A stretch of 64,000 bases of DNA, from NCBI GenBank assembly GCA_964016885.1, contig OZ024743.1:39990001-40054000 (forward strand), read 5' to 3'. Below, one piece after another: positions 24,601 through 35,769 of the stretch (positions within the stretch are counted from its first letter, which is position 1; every line of letters starts with the position of its first letter). The translations under genes were made by a program, and so were the position numbers. The notes under the pieces are model-generated. The model saw nothing but the letters and a program-made list of their open reading frames with translations, was not told the origin of the DNA and searched no databases. Source of the DNA: Eledone cirrhosa (Eukaryota).

Positions 24601-25001
24601 TCCTCACCTTCATTTCCCGCCGGCTCGCTTGTCTGGCATACTACACCCGCCATCTCCAAGCCATTCTCTCTGCTCAGTTCCTCCAGTTCCAGCTCGCTTA
24701 TCCACCCATTAGTTCTTATTACCCGAGCCTGCCCGGCCAATTTTTGTTCATCTAATTTAAATAAACTAATCTCGTTCCAGATGTTATGCATCCGTCTCCT
24801 GTAGCCCCTCTCCTTGGGGTTACTTTTCAGGTAGCATTGCATAACAGTTCTATTCAATTCTTTCGTCCAGTTGGTTCTGGCCCCTTTCCTTCTTCTTCTT
24901 CCTCCAACATCAGCAGTATTTGGTTGACAGTCAGGTTCCTGCTGCTGAGCCAGGGGGCACCTGTTGGGTGAGAGTCTGTCACATGACGTTCTAGTCTCCA
25001 T
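21609..25001 (-). CDS. Retrotransposon protein (RT + CCHC + restriction-like endonuclease)
   Basis: 1130 aa. KSPGPDG, NYRPITCL, DYRKAFD, GIFQGDSLSPLLF, FMDDLK, CRICGEKEETVAHIVSEC, RHD, RPD. Confidence 0.95.
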   Translation of the reverse strand: METRTSCDRLSPNRCPLAQQQEPDCQPNTADVGGRRRRKGARTNWTKELNRTVMQCYLKSNPKERGYRRRMHNIWNEISLFKLDEQKLAGQARVIRTNGWISELELEELSRENGLEMAGVVCQTSEPAGNEGEEVLRTEKPPEADNDLNTEINNTWNRETATEEMNADGLGQDSVDILNLVVDELNNDSGRPMNLRFVDRKKLKETTAKVNKVIPYLEARSLHQCNNILKATANTVRKLLGIKARGNNRQERAEPWWKKRLSGQIGEMRNDIGKLESLLNGTLKNIGTKNRLEIKYKTRSKKLNIIIEELKQRIVAKSAKIRRYENRVSQYKQNRMFDNNQKMLFGQLEGKERGNDLIPGAEQAKTFWRGIWEQDVRHNAQAGWIETVQREIGEQAQQQTDLSITVETLKGQAKKLTNWKSPGPDGVQGYWIKHLTSLHPKLTAMFNDCLVSGEVPEWLKKGTTVLIMKDRIKGNDVTNYRPITCLPVMWKLLTSIVSEEIYHHLHTNNLLPDEQKGCRKKSRGTKDQLLIDKMVMGNCRRRHTDLAMGWIDYRKAFDMVPHSWITKSLEIFRVADNIRQLLGRSMGSWETELTSTGVSLGSVKIKRGIFQGDSLSPLLFVLAPMPLTIMLRKVRAGYTLGRGELSINHLIFMDDLKLFGKSEKELDVLVDTLCIFSSDICMQFGISKCGVIVMRRGRLSRSNGIQIPTGEMIKEIDSEEGYNYLGVLEADGIKNKKMKELLRIEYIRRVRSVLKSHLNSRNAISAVNSRAVSIIRYSAGILRWNVAEQKEMDRKTRKLLTIYNMFHKRSDVDRLYLRRSEGGRGLISIEDCVQMEKNNLHKYVTDSKEPMLRTVLKEGTIGQGMSKEEITSRRKSSLKGKSLHSTFFEKTEFRDPQTWNWLRRGDLKKATEGMLMAAQEQALKTKWLKHHIYKEEASPLCRICGEKEETVAHIVSECKRLAQTHYKGWRHDVMGRVIHWHLCKANNLPHSEKRYEHKPEAVRENDHVKVLWDFRIQTDKKLEHNRPDLVVVDKEKRSSLIVDVACPFDTRVQEKEREKIYRYQDLKWEVKRIWNCHEVKVIPIVIGALRTISKSFQGWLKKIGPFTLFGTLQKACLLGTARTLRYVLNI

Positions 25002-25571
25002 TTCACCGTTATTCGAACTGTTTATGTTCGATATTTAAACACTCTTATCGAGGATTGGCGAATGTATGTTTACATAGCCATCTGTGGATCCGCCATCCCA
25101 CTTGGCCCTTGTGTGGCATTATCACCACGCTGTATACGGACACACATAAACAAACAAACACACGAGGAGAAAGGGCCCCAAAAATGAATAAGCATAAGTT
25201 TCATTGTAATGTAGTATTCGAATGTCTGACTTAGTTTTTGTTTTTTAAGTTTTACTTTTCCCCCCCCTCTTCTCTGTCCGTCCGCCTGCTTCTCTCTTCA
25301 TTCTTATTTTCTTAACGTTTTTGGGGTTTCTTTTTTTGTTTTTGTTTTTCTCTGTTTTTCTCGTTTTTTACTGTTGTTGCTGTGCTGCTTTTGTTGTTTG
25401 TTTTTTCTTTTTTCTTTTGAGTCTATCTATATATTTTGATGCCTTCCTCTTTGTTAGTAGTAGGAATTCTATAATGTGGAAGTGGTAGCCAGCAGAGACT
25501 GGTGGCGTTGGCGATACTGAGACAGTGGTGGTGGTGATGTCGATACCGAGGCAGTGGTGGCGGTGATGCGA

Positions 25572-26217
25572 CCGTATTACTGTAGTGATGGTGCTGTAGC
25601 GGTGGCAGCAGCAGTGAAGGAGTCAGGGGGTGGTGGCGGCGGTGATGGGATAGTGGTGGTAATGATGGCCGTAGTGAGCGGTGGCGGTGAAGGTGAAAAT
25701 GCTGTTGTGTTTAGTGTACACAGATGATGGGGTGGGTGGTGTATCTAGTTTCTGGTGTTCGTGAGTTTCGCTGTCCTATATAGTGTAGCCAGAGGAGAGG
25801 AGGGGGGGGGGTTCTTCTTCTTCCATTTATAGCCATTTTATTTTTTTTTTGGATATACAGTGTACAATACAAAGTTGAATATTTGAATATTTGAGCCGTA
25901 TTACTGTAGTGATGGTGCTGTAGCGGTGGCAGCAGCAGTGAAGGAGTCAAGGGATGGTGGCGGCGGTGATGGGATAGTGGTGGTAATGATGGCCGTAGTG
26001 AGCGGTGGCGGTGAAGGTGAAAATGCTGTTGTGTTCAGTGTACACAGATGATGGGGTGGGTGGTGTATCTAGTTTCTGGTGTTGGTGAGTTTAGCTGTCC
26101 TATATAGTGTAGCCAGAGGAGAGGAGGGGGGGGGGCGTTCTTCTTCTTCCATTTATAGCCATTTTTTTTTGGATATACAGTGTACAATACAAAGTTGAAT
26201 ATTTGAATATTTGAGCC
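25572..26217. repeat. ~324-bp tandem duplication in the leader of family B copy 2
   Basis: Units start CCGTATTACTGTAGTGATGG at 25572 and 25896. Confidence 0.9.
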
Positions 26218-26394
26218 TTATAACAATATATTTTGGGTCCGAATTTTTTTGGGGCTCAAGCCGGGTGCTTTACGTAGCATTTGTACTAAGAGTTGTTATT
26301 TCACAAATGATTTAAATATGTTAAAAATATGTTAAAAATTCAAAACTTACGGGAGCGATTTCATGACCTCCGTCACCTCGTGCGTCTTGTTCCC

Positions 26395-26432
<38 letters not shown>

Positions 26433-26515
26433 GCTATTACTCTTTGAGTCTCAGTCATTGATGTTAGTTAACTGGAAAGTTTGTTGAAATGAATATCAAG
26501 CCACTACCTGCAGCC

Positions 26516-29500
26516 TCAGATATTCAGGACGTATCGGAGGGTTCTTGCTGTTCCCAGCAAGCATGCCTTTTGAAGCGTTCCAAAAAGCGTGAAGGGGCCA
26601 ATTTTCTTTAACCATCCCTGGAAACTTTTTGAGATAGTCCCTAGTGCGCCTATGACAATCGGGATCACTTTGACTTCATGGCAGTTCCAAATCCTTTTCA
26701 CCTCCCACTTTAGGTCCTGGTATCGGTTAATTTTCTCCCTCTCCTTCTCTTGCACTCTCGTGTCGAACGGGCAGGCCACTTCCACAATCAGGCACGATCT
26801 TTTTTCTTTGTCTACAACCACCAGGTCAGGTCTATTGTGTTCCAGTTTTTTGTCCGTCTGTATCCTAAAATCCCACAGCACCTTCACCTGACTGTTCTCC
26901 ATCACCGCCTCTGGCCTATGCTCATACCATTTCTCAGAATGTGGTAGATTGTTTACTTTGCACAGGTACCAGTGGATCGCCCTGCCCATCACATCGTGTC
27001 TCCAGCCCTTATAGTGGGTCTGGGCTAGGTGTTTACACTCGGACACAATGTGAGCCACAGTCTCCTCTCTCTCTCCACAGATCCTGCACAGTGGGCTAGC
27101 CTCCTCCTTGTAGATATGGTGCTTCAACCACTTCGTTTTGAGGGCCTGCTCCTGCGCAGCCATTAACATTCCTTCTGTAGCCTTTTTTAGGTCTCCTCTT
27201 CTCAACCAGTTCCATGTCTGTGGATCTCTAAATTCAGTTTTCTCAAAGAAGGTACTATGAAGGGATTTTCCCTTAAGGCTGCTCTTCCTCCTTGATGTTA
27301 TTTCCTCCTTGGGTATCCCCTGGCCTACTGTCCCCTCCTTCAGTACAGCTCTGAGCATTGGCTCCTTACTATAGGTCACGTATTTGTATAGGTTGTTTTT
27401 CTCCATCTGAACACAGTCCTCTATGCTGATAAGACCTCTTCCACCCTCAGATCTCCTTAGGTAGAGTCTATCGACATCACTCCTCTTGTGGAACATGTTG
27501 TAGATAGTCAATAGCTTCCTAGTCTTCCTATCCATTTCTTTTTGTTCAGCAACATTCCATCTCAGAATTCCCGCACTGTACCTAATAATAGACACAGCTC
27601 GGGAATTTACTGCGCTTATGGCATTTCTGCTGTTCAGATGTGACTTCAATACGCTCCTTACTCTCCGAATGTATTCAGTTCTTAACAATTCCTTCATTTT
27701 TTTGTTCTTTATGCCATCAGCCTCCAGAACGCCCAAATACTTGTATCCTTCCTCAGAGTCAATTTCCTTTATCATCTCACCTGTTGGTATCTGGATCCCG
27801 TTACTTCTGCTCAACCTACCCCTCCTCATCACAATGACTCCACATTTACCAATACCAAACTGCATACACATATCACTGCTGAAAATACGGACAGTGTCAA
27901 CAAGCACATCCAACTCCTTCTCACTTTTCCCGAAGAGCTTAAGATCGTCCATGAAGAGGAGGTGATTGATGGTAAGCTCTCCCCTTCCCAACTTGTATCC
28001 TGCTCTCACTTTTCGCAGCATAATGGTCAAGGGCATCAGGGCAAGGACAAACAACAGAGGGGACAGGCTATCTCCCTGGAAGATACCTCTCTTGATCTTC
28101 ACGCTTCCCAAGGATACTCCAGTTGATGTCAACTCTGTCTCCCAGGACACCATACTCCTGCCCAGCAACTGTCTGATGTTATCTGCCACCCTGAAGATCT
28201 CCAGGCTTTTGGTGATCCAGGAATGAGGCACCATGTCAAATGCCTTTCTGTAGTCTATCCATCCCATGGCAAGATCAGTGTGTCTCCTCCTGCAATTCCC
28301 CATTACCATCTTATCAATAAGCAACTGGTCCTTTGTACCACGTGACTTCTTTCGGCATCCTTTCTGTTCGTCCGGCAACAAGTTGTTTGTGTGGAGGTGA
28401 TGGTAGATTTCCTCAGACACAATGCTCGTCAACAGTTTCCACATTACGGACAGACATGTGATAGGTCTATAGTTGGTAACATCATTACCCTTGATTCGGT
28501 ATTTCATTGTCAGAACTGTGGTACCTTTTGTCAACCACTCTGGCACCTCACCCGACACCAAGCAGTCATTGAACATGGCCGTCAGCTTCGGGTGGAGGGA
28601 TGTTAAATGTTTAATCCAATACCCCTGCACACCATCTGGGCCTGGTGATTTCCAGTTGGTTAGTTTTTTGGCTTGCCCCTTAAGAGTTTCAACTGTGATA
28701 CTCAAATCAGTCTGTTGCTGTGCCTGCTCACCGATCTCCCTCTGTACTGTCTCAATCCACCCTGCCTGGGCATTGTGTCTAACATCCTGCTCCCATATTC
28801 CTCTCCAGAATGTTTTAGCTTGTTCCGCCCCAGGGATCAAGTCGTTGCCTCTTTCTTTCCCCTCAAGCTGTCCAAACAGCATCTTCTGGTTGTTGTCGAA
28901 CATGCGGTTCTGTTTATACTGACTGACTCTGTTCTCGTATCGCCTGATTTTGGCACTCTTTGCTACAATGCGTTGCTTCAATTCCTCTATGATAATATTT
29001 AGCTTTTTACTCCTAGTTTTGTATTTTATTTCCAGTCTATTTTTAGTGCCTATGTTTTTTAGTGTCCCATTCAGTAGTGACTCAAGCTTTCCTATGTCAT
29101 TTCTCATTTCCCCGATTTGCCCACTCAGTCGCTTCTTCCACCACGGCTCTGCTCTTTCTTGCCTGTTGTTTCCTCTCGCTTTTATACCAAGTAGTTTCCT
29201 CACCGTATTTGCTGTTGCTTTGAGGATATTGTTGCACTGGTGAAGACTCCTCGCCTCAAGGTATGGGATGACTTTGTTTACCTTAGCTGTTGTTTCTTTT
29301 AACTTTTTCCTGTCTACAAATCTTAGGTTCATAGGTCTCCCACTATCATTGTTCAACTCATCTACCACTAAATTTAGGATGTCAACCGAATCTTGTCCTA
29401 GCCCGTCAGCATTCATCTCCTCAGTGGCCGTATCTCTGTTCCAGGTATTATTTATCTCAGTATTCAGATCATTGTCTGCTTCGCGTGGTTCCTCCGTTCT

Positions 29501-29908
29501 CAGGACCTCCTCACCTTCATTTCCCGCCGGCTCGCTTGTCAGGCATACTACACCCGCCATCTCCAAGCCATTCTCTCTGCTCAGTTCCTCCAGTTCCAGC
29601 TCGCTTATCCACCCATTAGTTCTTATTACCCGAGCCTGCCCGGCCAATTTTTGTTCATCTAATTTAAATAAACCAATCTCGTTCCAGATGTTATGCATCC
29701 GTCTCCTGTAGCCCCTCTCCTTGGGGTTACTTTTCAGGTAGCATTGCATAACAGTTCTATTCAATTCTTTCGTCCAGTTGGTTCTGGCCCCTTTCCTTCT
29801 TCTTCTTCCTCCAACATCAGCAGTATTTGGTTGACAGTCAGGTTCCTGCTGCTGAGCCAGGGGGCACCTGTTGGGTGAGAGTCTGTCACATGACGTTCTA
29901 GTCTCCAT
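26516..29908 (-). CDS. Retrotransposon protein (RT + CCHC + restriction-like endonuclease)
   Basis: 1130-aa intact ORF. HLLFMDDLK, CRICGEREETVAHIVSEC, RHD, RPD, IPIVIGALG. Confidence 0.95.
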   Translation of the reverse strand: METRTSCDRLSPNRCPLAQQQEPDCQPNTADVGGRRRRKGARTNWTKELNRTVMQCYLKSNPKERGYRRRMHNIWNEIGLFKLDEQKLAGQARVIRTNGWISELELEELSRENGLEMAGVVCLTSEPAGNEGEEVLRTEEPREADNDLNTEINNTWNRDTATEEMNADGLGQDSVDILNLVVDELNNDSGRPMNLRFVDRKKLKETTAKVNKVIPYLEARSLHQCNNILKATANTVRKLLGIKARGNNRQERAEPWWKKRLSGQIGEMRNDIGKLESLLNGTLKNIGTKNRLEIKYKTRSKKLNIIIEELKQRIVAKSAKIRRYENRVSQYKQNRMFDNNQKMLFGQLEGKERGNDLIPGAEQAKTFWRGIWEQDVRHNAQAGWIETVQREIGEQAQQQTDLSITVETLKGQAKKLTNWKSPGPDGVQGYWIKHLTSLHPKLTAMFNDCLVSGEVPEWLTKGTTVLTMKYRIKGNDVTNYRPITCLSVMWKLLTSIVSEEIYHHLHTNNLLPDEQKGCRKKSRGTKDQLLIDKMVMGNCRRRHTDLAMGWIDYRKAFDMVPHSWITKSLEIFRVADNIRQLLGRSMVSWETELTSTGVSLGSVKIKRGIFQGDSLSPLLFVLALMPLTIMLRKVRAGYKLGRGELTINHLLFMDDLKLFGKSEKELDVLVDTVRIFSSDMCMQFGIGKCGVIVMRRGRLSRSNGIQIPTGEMIKEIDSEEGYKYLGVLEADGIKNKKMKELLRTEYIRRVRSVLKSHLNSRNAISAVNSRAVSIIRYSAGILRWNVAEQKEMDRKTRKLLTIYNMFHKRSDVDRLYLRRSEGGRGLISIEDCVQMEKNNLYKYVTYSKEPMLRAVLKEGTVGQGIPKEEITSRRKSSLKGKSLHSTFFEKTEFRDPQTWNWLRRGDLKKATEGMLMAAQEQALKTKWLKHHIYKEEASPLCRICGEREETVAHIVSECKHLAQTHYKGWRHDVMGRAIHWYLCKVNNLPHSEKWYEHRPEAVMENSQVKVLWDFRIQTDKKLEHNRPDLVVVDKEKRSCLIVEVACPFDTRVQEKEREKINRYQDLKWEVKRIWNCHEVKVIPIVIGALGTISKSFQGWLKKIGPFTLFGTLQKACLLGTARTLRYVLNI

Positions 29909-30477
29909 TTCACCGTTATTCGAACTGTTTATGTTCGATATTTAAACACTCTTATCGAGGATTGGCGAATGTATGTTTACATAGCCATCTGTGGATCCGC
30001 CATCCCACTTGGCCCTTGTGTGGCATTATCACCACGCTGTATACGGACACACATAAACAAACAAACACACGGGCAGAAAGGGCCCCAAAAATGAATAAGC
30101 ATAAGTTTCATTGTAATGTAGTATTCGAATGTCTGACTTAGTTTTTGTTTTTTAAGTTTTACTTTTTCCCCCCTCTTCTCTGTCCGTCCGCCTGCTTCTC
30201 TCTTCATTCTTATTTTCTTAACGTTTTTGGGGTTTCTTTTTTTGTTTTTGTTTGTCTCTGTTTTTCTCGTTTTTTACTGTTGTTGCTGTGCTGCTTTTGT
30301 TGTTTGTTTTTTCTTTTTTCTTTTGAGTCTATCTATATATTTTGATGCCTTCCTCTTTGTTAGTAGTAGGAATTCTATAATGTGGAAGTGGTAGCCAGCA
30401 GAGACTGGCGGCGTTGGCGATACTGAGACAGTGGTGGTGGTGATGTCGATACCGAGGCAGTGGTGGCGGTGATGCGA

Positions 30478-31128
30478 CCGTATTACTGTAGTGATGGTGC
30501 TGTAGCGGTGGCAGCAGCAGTGAAGGAGTCAGGGGGTGGTGGCGGCGGTGATGGGATAGTGGTGGTAATGATGGCCGTAGTGAGCGGTGGCGGTGAAGGT
30601 GAAAATGCTGTTGTGTTTAGTGTACACAGATGATGGGGTGGGTGGTGTATCTAGTTTCTGGTGTTCGTGAGTTTCGCTGTCCTATATAGTGTAGCCAGAG
30701 GAGAGGAGGGGGGGGGGTGTTCCTTCTTCTTCCATTTATAGCCATTTTATTATTTTTTTTTTGGATATACAGTGTACAATACAAAGTTGAATATTTGAAT
30801 ATTTGAGCCGTATTACTGTAGTAATGGTGCTGTAGCGGTGGCAGCAGCAGTGAAGGAGTCAAGGGGTGGTGGCGGCGGTGATGGGATAGTGGTGGTAATG
30901 ATGGCCGTAGTGAGCGGTGGCGGTGAAGGTGAAAATGCTGTTGTGTTTAGTGTACACAGATGATGGGGTGGGTGGTGTATCTAGTTTCTGGTGTTGGTGA
31001 GTTTAGCTGTCCTATATAGTGTAGCCAGAGGAGAGGAGGGGGGGGGGTTCTTCTTCTTCCATTTATAGCCATTTTTTTTTTGGTTATACAGTGTACAATA
31101 CAAAGTTGAATATTTGAATATTTGAGCC
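30478..31128. repeat. ~330-bp tandem duplication in the leader of family B copy 3
   Basis: Units start at 30478 and 30808, with the same breakpoint as copy 2. Confidence 0.9.
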
Positions 31129-31294
31129 TTATAACAATATATTTTGGGTCCGAATTTTTTTGGGGCTCCAGCCGGGTGCTTTACGTAGCATTTGTACTAA
31201 GAGTTGTTATTTCACAAATGATTTAAATATGTTAAAAATTCAAAACTTACGGGAGCGATTTCATGACCTCCGTCACCTCGTGCGTCTTCTTCCC

Positions 31295-31337
<43 letters not shown>

Positions 31338-33258
31338 ATTCTAGTTAGTGTTACACCTCTATACTTACTGGAAACTACGCGCTGAATGCTCACTCTAGTG
31401 TTCCTAAGTAACTGGACGCTACATTGCCTATATATATATATACAGGTATATATTGGCGTGAAAATATATAAAATGAAAGAAGTGGTCCATCAAATTGAAA
31501 CAAAATACTAATGTTTCCATGGGTCTATCAATTGCTTATATTATCTCGTGTTTATAAGTTCTGGCAGGTGTGGCAACGTGAAACAAATTATTTTCCTTAT
31601 GTACCGGACGCGCGACTCTGTCTAGGAATCAAAACTACAACTTCATGATAATTAATCCAACACTCGTATTCCAAGGCGACGTGATTATATAAGCTACTGA
31701 AATGCCTTGTAATATACATACAGTTATTTATATGACGCATTGTCAAATATGTGGTAAATACTAGTTTAAGAAAGCAATGCAAGTTAAAAATATGGGCGGG
31801 AAAAAGAAATGCGGTAAATATTTTCATCATATATATGCTTTATTCGAGTGATTATACACTCTTTTTTTTAAGAAACTGAAAATAAAGTGAAAACACAGTG
31901 GTAAATTACATTATAATCTAATTTACAAATTCGTAGTTGAGAACACAATAAAACTCTGAAAAATGTCTTCCGATTTACAAAGAGTGGGATGTAGTGTCCA
32001 AAAAACGTGTTAATGGCTGCAATTGATGTGAGGTGGCAATAGCTTATAAAAATGAATGCCTATATAAAAACCTCCCAGAAGTAATGAAGGTGTAGCAAAT
32101 CTAGTAGAGCAAGCGTCAATGCAGTTCCTGTAGGATGATCGGCATGAATAGGAATCATAGTGAAGTTCATGTACTTGATAAACTGAGAAGGAAACTAGTG
32201 TGGAATCTACCCAAGATCTATAAATGATACTGATAGGCGGAGAGTAGTGGAGAAGCCAAACTTAATCGTTTTGCCGGGGCAGTAGCCCAATCAAACTGAC
32301 AAATAATGAAACTTTCATGGAATTACCTGGCTGTATGCTTTACTATACTATGTCGGTTATTTCATGTGAAAATAGTTATAGGTGATTCAGTCGTATGGAG
32401 ATAATGTTATGCATTCAATTATTGAGTAACAGTCAGTTTGGAGCACAATCCTTCACGAGTTTCTACTCAATATTATCCATAATTATATCCATACATATTA
32501 TGTATCGGCTACGTATTTCCCGCATCAGGTGTTGGCGAAGTGGAATGCTTAAGCTCGTGGCCACACAAGGTGGTATAGTTGGGTAAAAATGTGATTTTCT
32601 GAGGATGTTTTGTACAACGTTATCTCAGAGAAAACCGCAGCTGATACAATGCAATCATTTGTAAATCACGTGTGATATTTTGTGATATTTTGCACATATA
32701 TCATAGTCTGAAATGAAAACACCATTAATGTACAGACATAGCCTTCGGGGACCGCTATATTGCAACTAATAAACAGGTCAAATAAATATATTGGAGGTCA
32801 GGAATATTTAGTTGGCTTGGTACTGAATGGCTCTGCATTACAATGAAAAAGCTGAATATATTAAACGCAGCTTAGATGAAATCACTTACAGAAGCAGGAT
32901 GAAATAATGGAGTAGGATATAAAATATATCTTCAGGCCAATTGAAATAATGGAAAGATTAGTGATACTCGAGAATTGTTGAACGTTATCTTATGCAGCGT
33001 GTATATGTCATGAAGAGGTTAACGACAGGACTACAAAATAAATTTGTTGACCAAAATGAAATATTTCATTGTATGATAGCAACTAGTCACGGATATATTG
33101 AAGGATTATAATGCTATACGGATCAATGTTACAATCCCTCTTCTATAATTCTAATTCTCGGATTAGTTAGAAAGAATAATAATGGAGCAGAAAATATGGG
33201 CGTAAAATACGAGATCCTATGAAAGTAGAAAGTCTGCCAGACGGTATTAATGGTAATA

Positions 33259-33393
33259 TAATTGTTTCTATTTTAGGCACAAGGCCAGCAATTACCTAGT
33301 ACATTACTGGTACTTTGTTTTATCGACCCCGTAAGGATGAAAAGCAAAGTTAACCTCGGCAGGATTTGAACTCAGATCGTAAAGGGGCGTAAA
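33259..33393 (-). mobile_element. SINE, 5'-truncated
   Basis: Same family as 396-587. Confidence 0.8.
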
Positions 33394-34115
33394 TTGGAAG
33401 CATTTATTTCCTATGACTATGTTTGAGTAAAATTATAGTGTAATAGTTACATCTCAAAATCCTCTAGCAAATCAGGTTATACTTTCTGGTCTTGAAATAT
33501 GAAGATGTGCCATCTTCCCATCTTCCAGCGGATATATCCTTTAATTTGAATAAAATGTTATATGATGATCTAACTTGCAAGAGGTTCAGAGGTTCCTTAA
33601 AGTTTCATGTCGAGAAAACTTTTTAAAGTAACGACCAGAAAATTCGAATCTCGAAATTTGATTGGTAAATATTTCATATACAGATGAAAGATCAAGCGCA
33701 AATTAAACCTTGGCGGTTTTCCACCACAGAACTAAAACTGTAAGGAGAAACAAAGTGAATGCCGTTGTAATCATTTCATCGCTCTTAATATAAATATGAA
33801 AAAGATGTAACGCCGCTCAAATTCTGTGCTAAAAGTAATATGAAATTCATATAGATGATTTAGGCTCAGATTTAATGTCTTGAAAAGATACGGCACTGTC
33901 ACAGCTGGGGCGTTTTGATTATAGATACACATATATCTGGTCTGACAAACAAAGGAAATAATCATATGTAAAATTTACTCACATCTTTAAATTCTTAATC
34001 GAAATAAAAAAAAACCCACTGAAAGAAAAAGTAATCATGAAACCTAACATTAATACTCAGACCAGGAAACTGTTTAGATGGATATATATTCATCACATAA
34101 ACACACACACCGACA

Positions 34116-34165
<50 letters not shown>

Positions 34166-34393
34166 CGTGTGTTTGTGTGTGTGTGTACATATATATTAAG
34201 CTTGGTTTACGTATGTAATTATTGGTAATTTTATCAATTCTAGTTTACATTACTAATGATGTGGAAGAAATGTTGTTGCATTACATTTGCGATCAATTAA
34301 TTTTATGAGTGTGTGTGTGTGCGCGCCCGCGCGTGTGTGCTTGTGTGTTCGTCTGTATGTGTTTATATATATATATATGTGTGTGTGGGGGGG

Positions 34394-34424
<31 letters not shown>

Positions 34425-34426
34425 AT

Positions 34427-34480
<54 letters not shown>

Positions 34481-34778
34481 ATATACATATCATTTTCTCC
34501 GCTATATACTCATTTATTATGTGAGGACACCTCTTATTTATTCTATTGAATTTCATTTCCTTTATATGAATTATCTAGATTTCGACGAAAATATCATAAG
34601 TAAAACATTTCATTAAATCCGTCCACATATTATTAACATCTTGTATGGATATTTTCCTGTATGTAATAAGCAATTTCCTCTCCTTTTATTCTTCCCTTTC
34701 TACTTCATAACACAATATTTTCGAAATCATTACACTGAAATATCTCCCTCCAATGTTATCAAGCGACCTATCCTCTGC

Positions 34779-34878
34779 TCTTTCGTAAATGTCTAAACTA
34801 ATGCTACAATGCATAACAATAAGTTCTATCTGTCCAAAACGACATATGACGCACACACACACACACACACACATACAT

Positions 34879-34940
<62 letters not shown>

Positions 34941-35055
34941 GTATGTGTGTCTGTGTGTGGGTGTGTGTGTGTATGTGTGTGTGTGAGTCATATGTCGTTT
35001 TGGACAGATAGAACTTATTATTATGCATTGTAGCATTAGTTCAGACAGTTACGAA

Positions 35056-35058
<3 letters not shown>
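34779..35058. repeat. Palindrome centred on (TA)n
   Basis: Unique arms 34779-34850 / 34987-35058 with about 3 mismatches, plus (CA)n/(TG)n inner arms around a (TA)n core. Confidence 0.9.
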
Positions 35059-35140
<82 letters not shown>

Positions 35141-35162
35141 GAGAGAGAGAGAGATAGAGAGA

Positions 35163-35241
<79 letters not shown>

Positions 35242-35769
35242 GCTCACTCAAACACACTGATATACACACACAGATTATAAGCAATTATGAAACTAAGAGA
35301 CTCCACGAAATACCCTGTACATATTCTAACTGTTAGAAGTACCAATCATATCTTGGTCGAATTACATGCGTTATATAACGCTCCTGTGGAGAAGAGAAGA
35401 CAACTACCATACGTGGCTGGATAATATAACTCTCTCGGGCAGCAGATTGGGGATAGGCTTTCGGATATGATGATTAGCTGGTAAAATATTGTATAAACAG
35501 TTCCGGGTCAACTCCCGGGTTCCCGTTTGACAACACATTTTACACTGCAGTGTTAAGGAAACTACTATCCATATGCAACGCAGTATTGGTGGTTGTGCTT
35601 CGTAGTGAACACTGATAAACATATTTTGCACTTTTCAGTGCTTGTTTGTCTTGTGAGCTTACTATTCGTTAGCTGTATATTAAGAGTACTTAATTTTGTA
35701 AATGTTTTAGCCTTAAAGCGCTGCTGATTGAATAGCTTACCTGATGTACCGAATTCAAATCTGTCATGG

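Larger units (their letters stand above)
21535..26394 (-). mobile_element. R4/Dong-clade family B copy 2, full length
   Basis: (TTA)n at both ends, ~1.4-kb 5' leader, single ORF, ~75-bp 3' UTR. Confidence 0.93.
26441..31294 (-). mobile_element. R4/Dong-clade family B copy 3, full length
   Basis: As copy 2, with the same 5' end (..TGCGTCTTCTTCCC on +) followed by (TTA)n at 31295-31337. Confidence 0.93.

Noticed and set aside
17222-29878. Many antisense ORFs of 60-176 aa repeated in each LINE copy
   Set aside because: Shadow frames of the RT ORFs, recurring only because the elements are duplicated.
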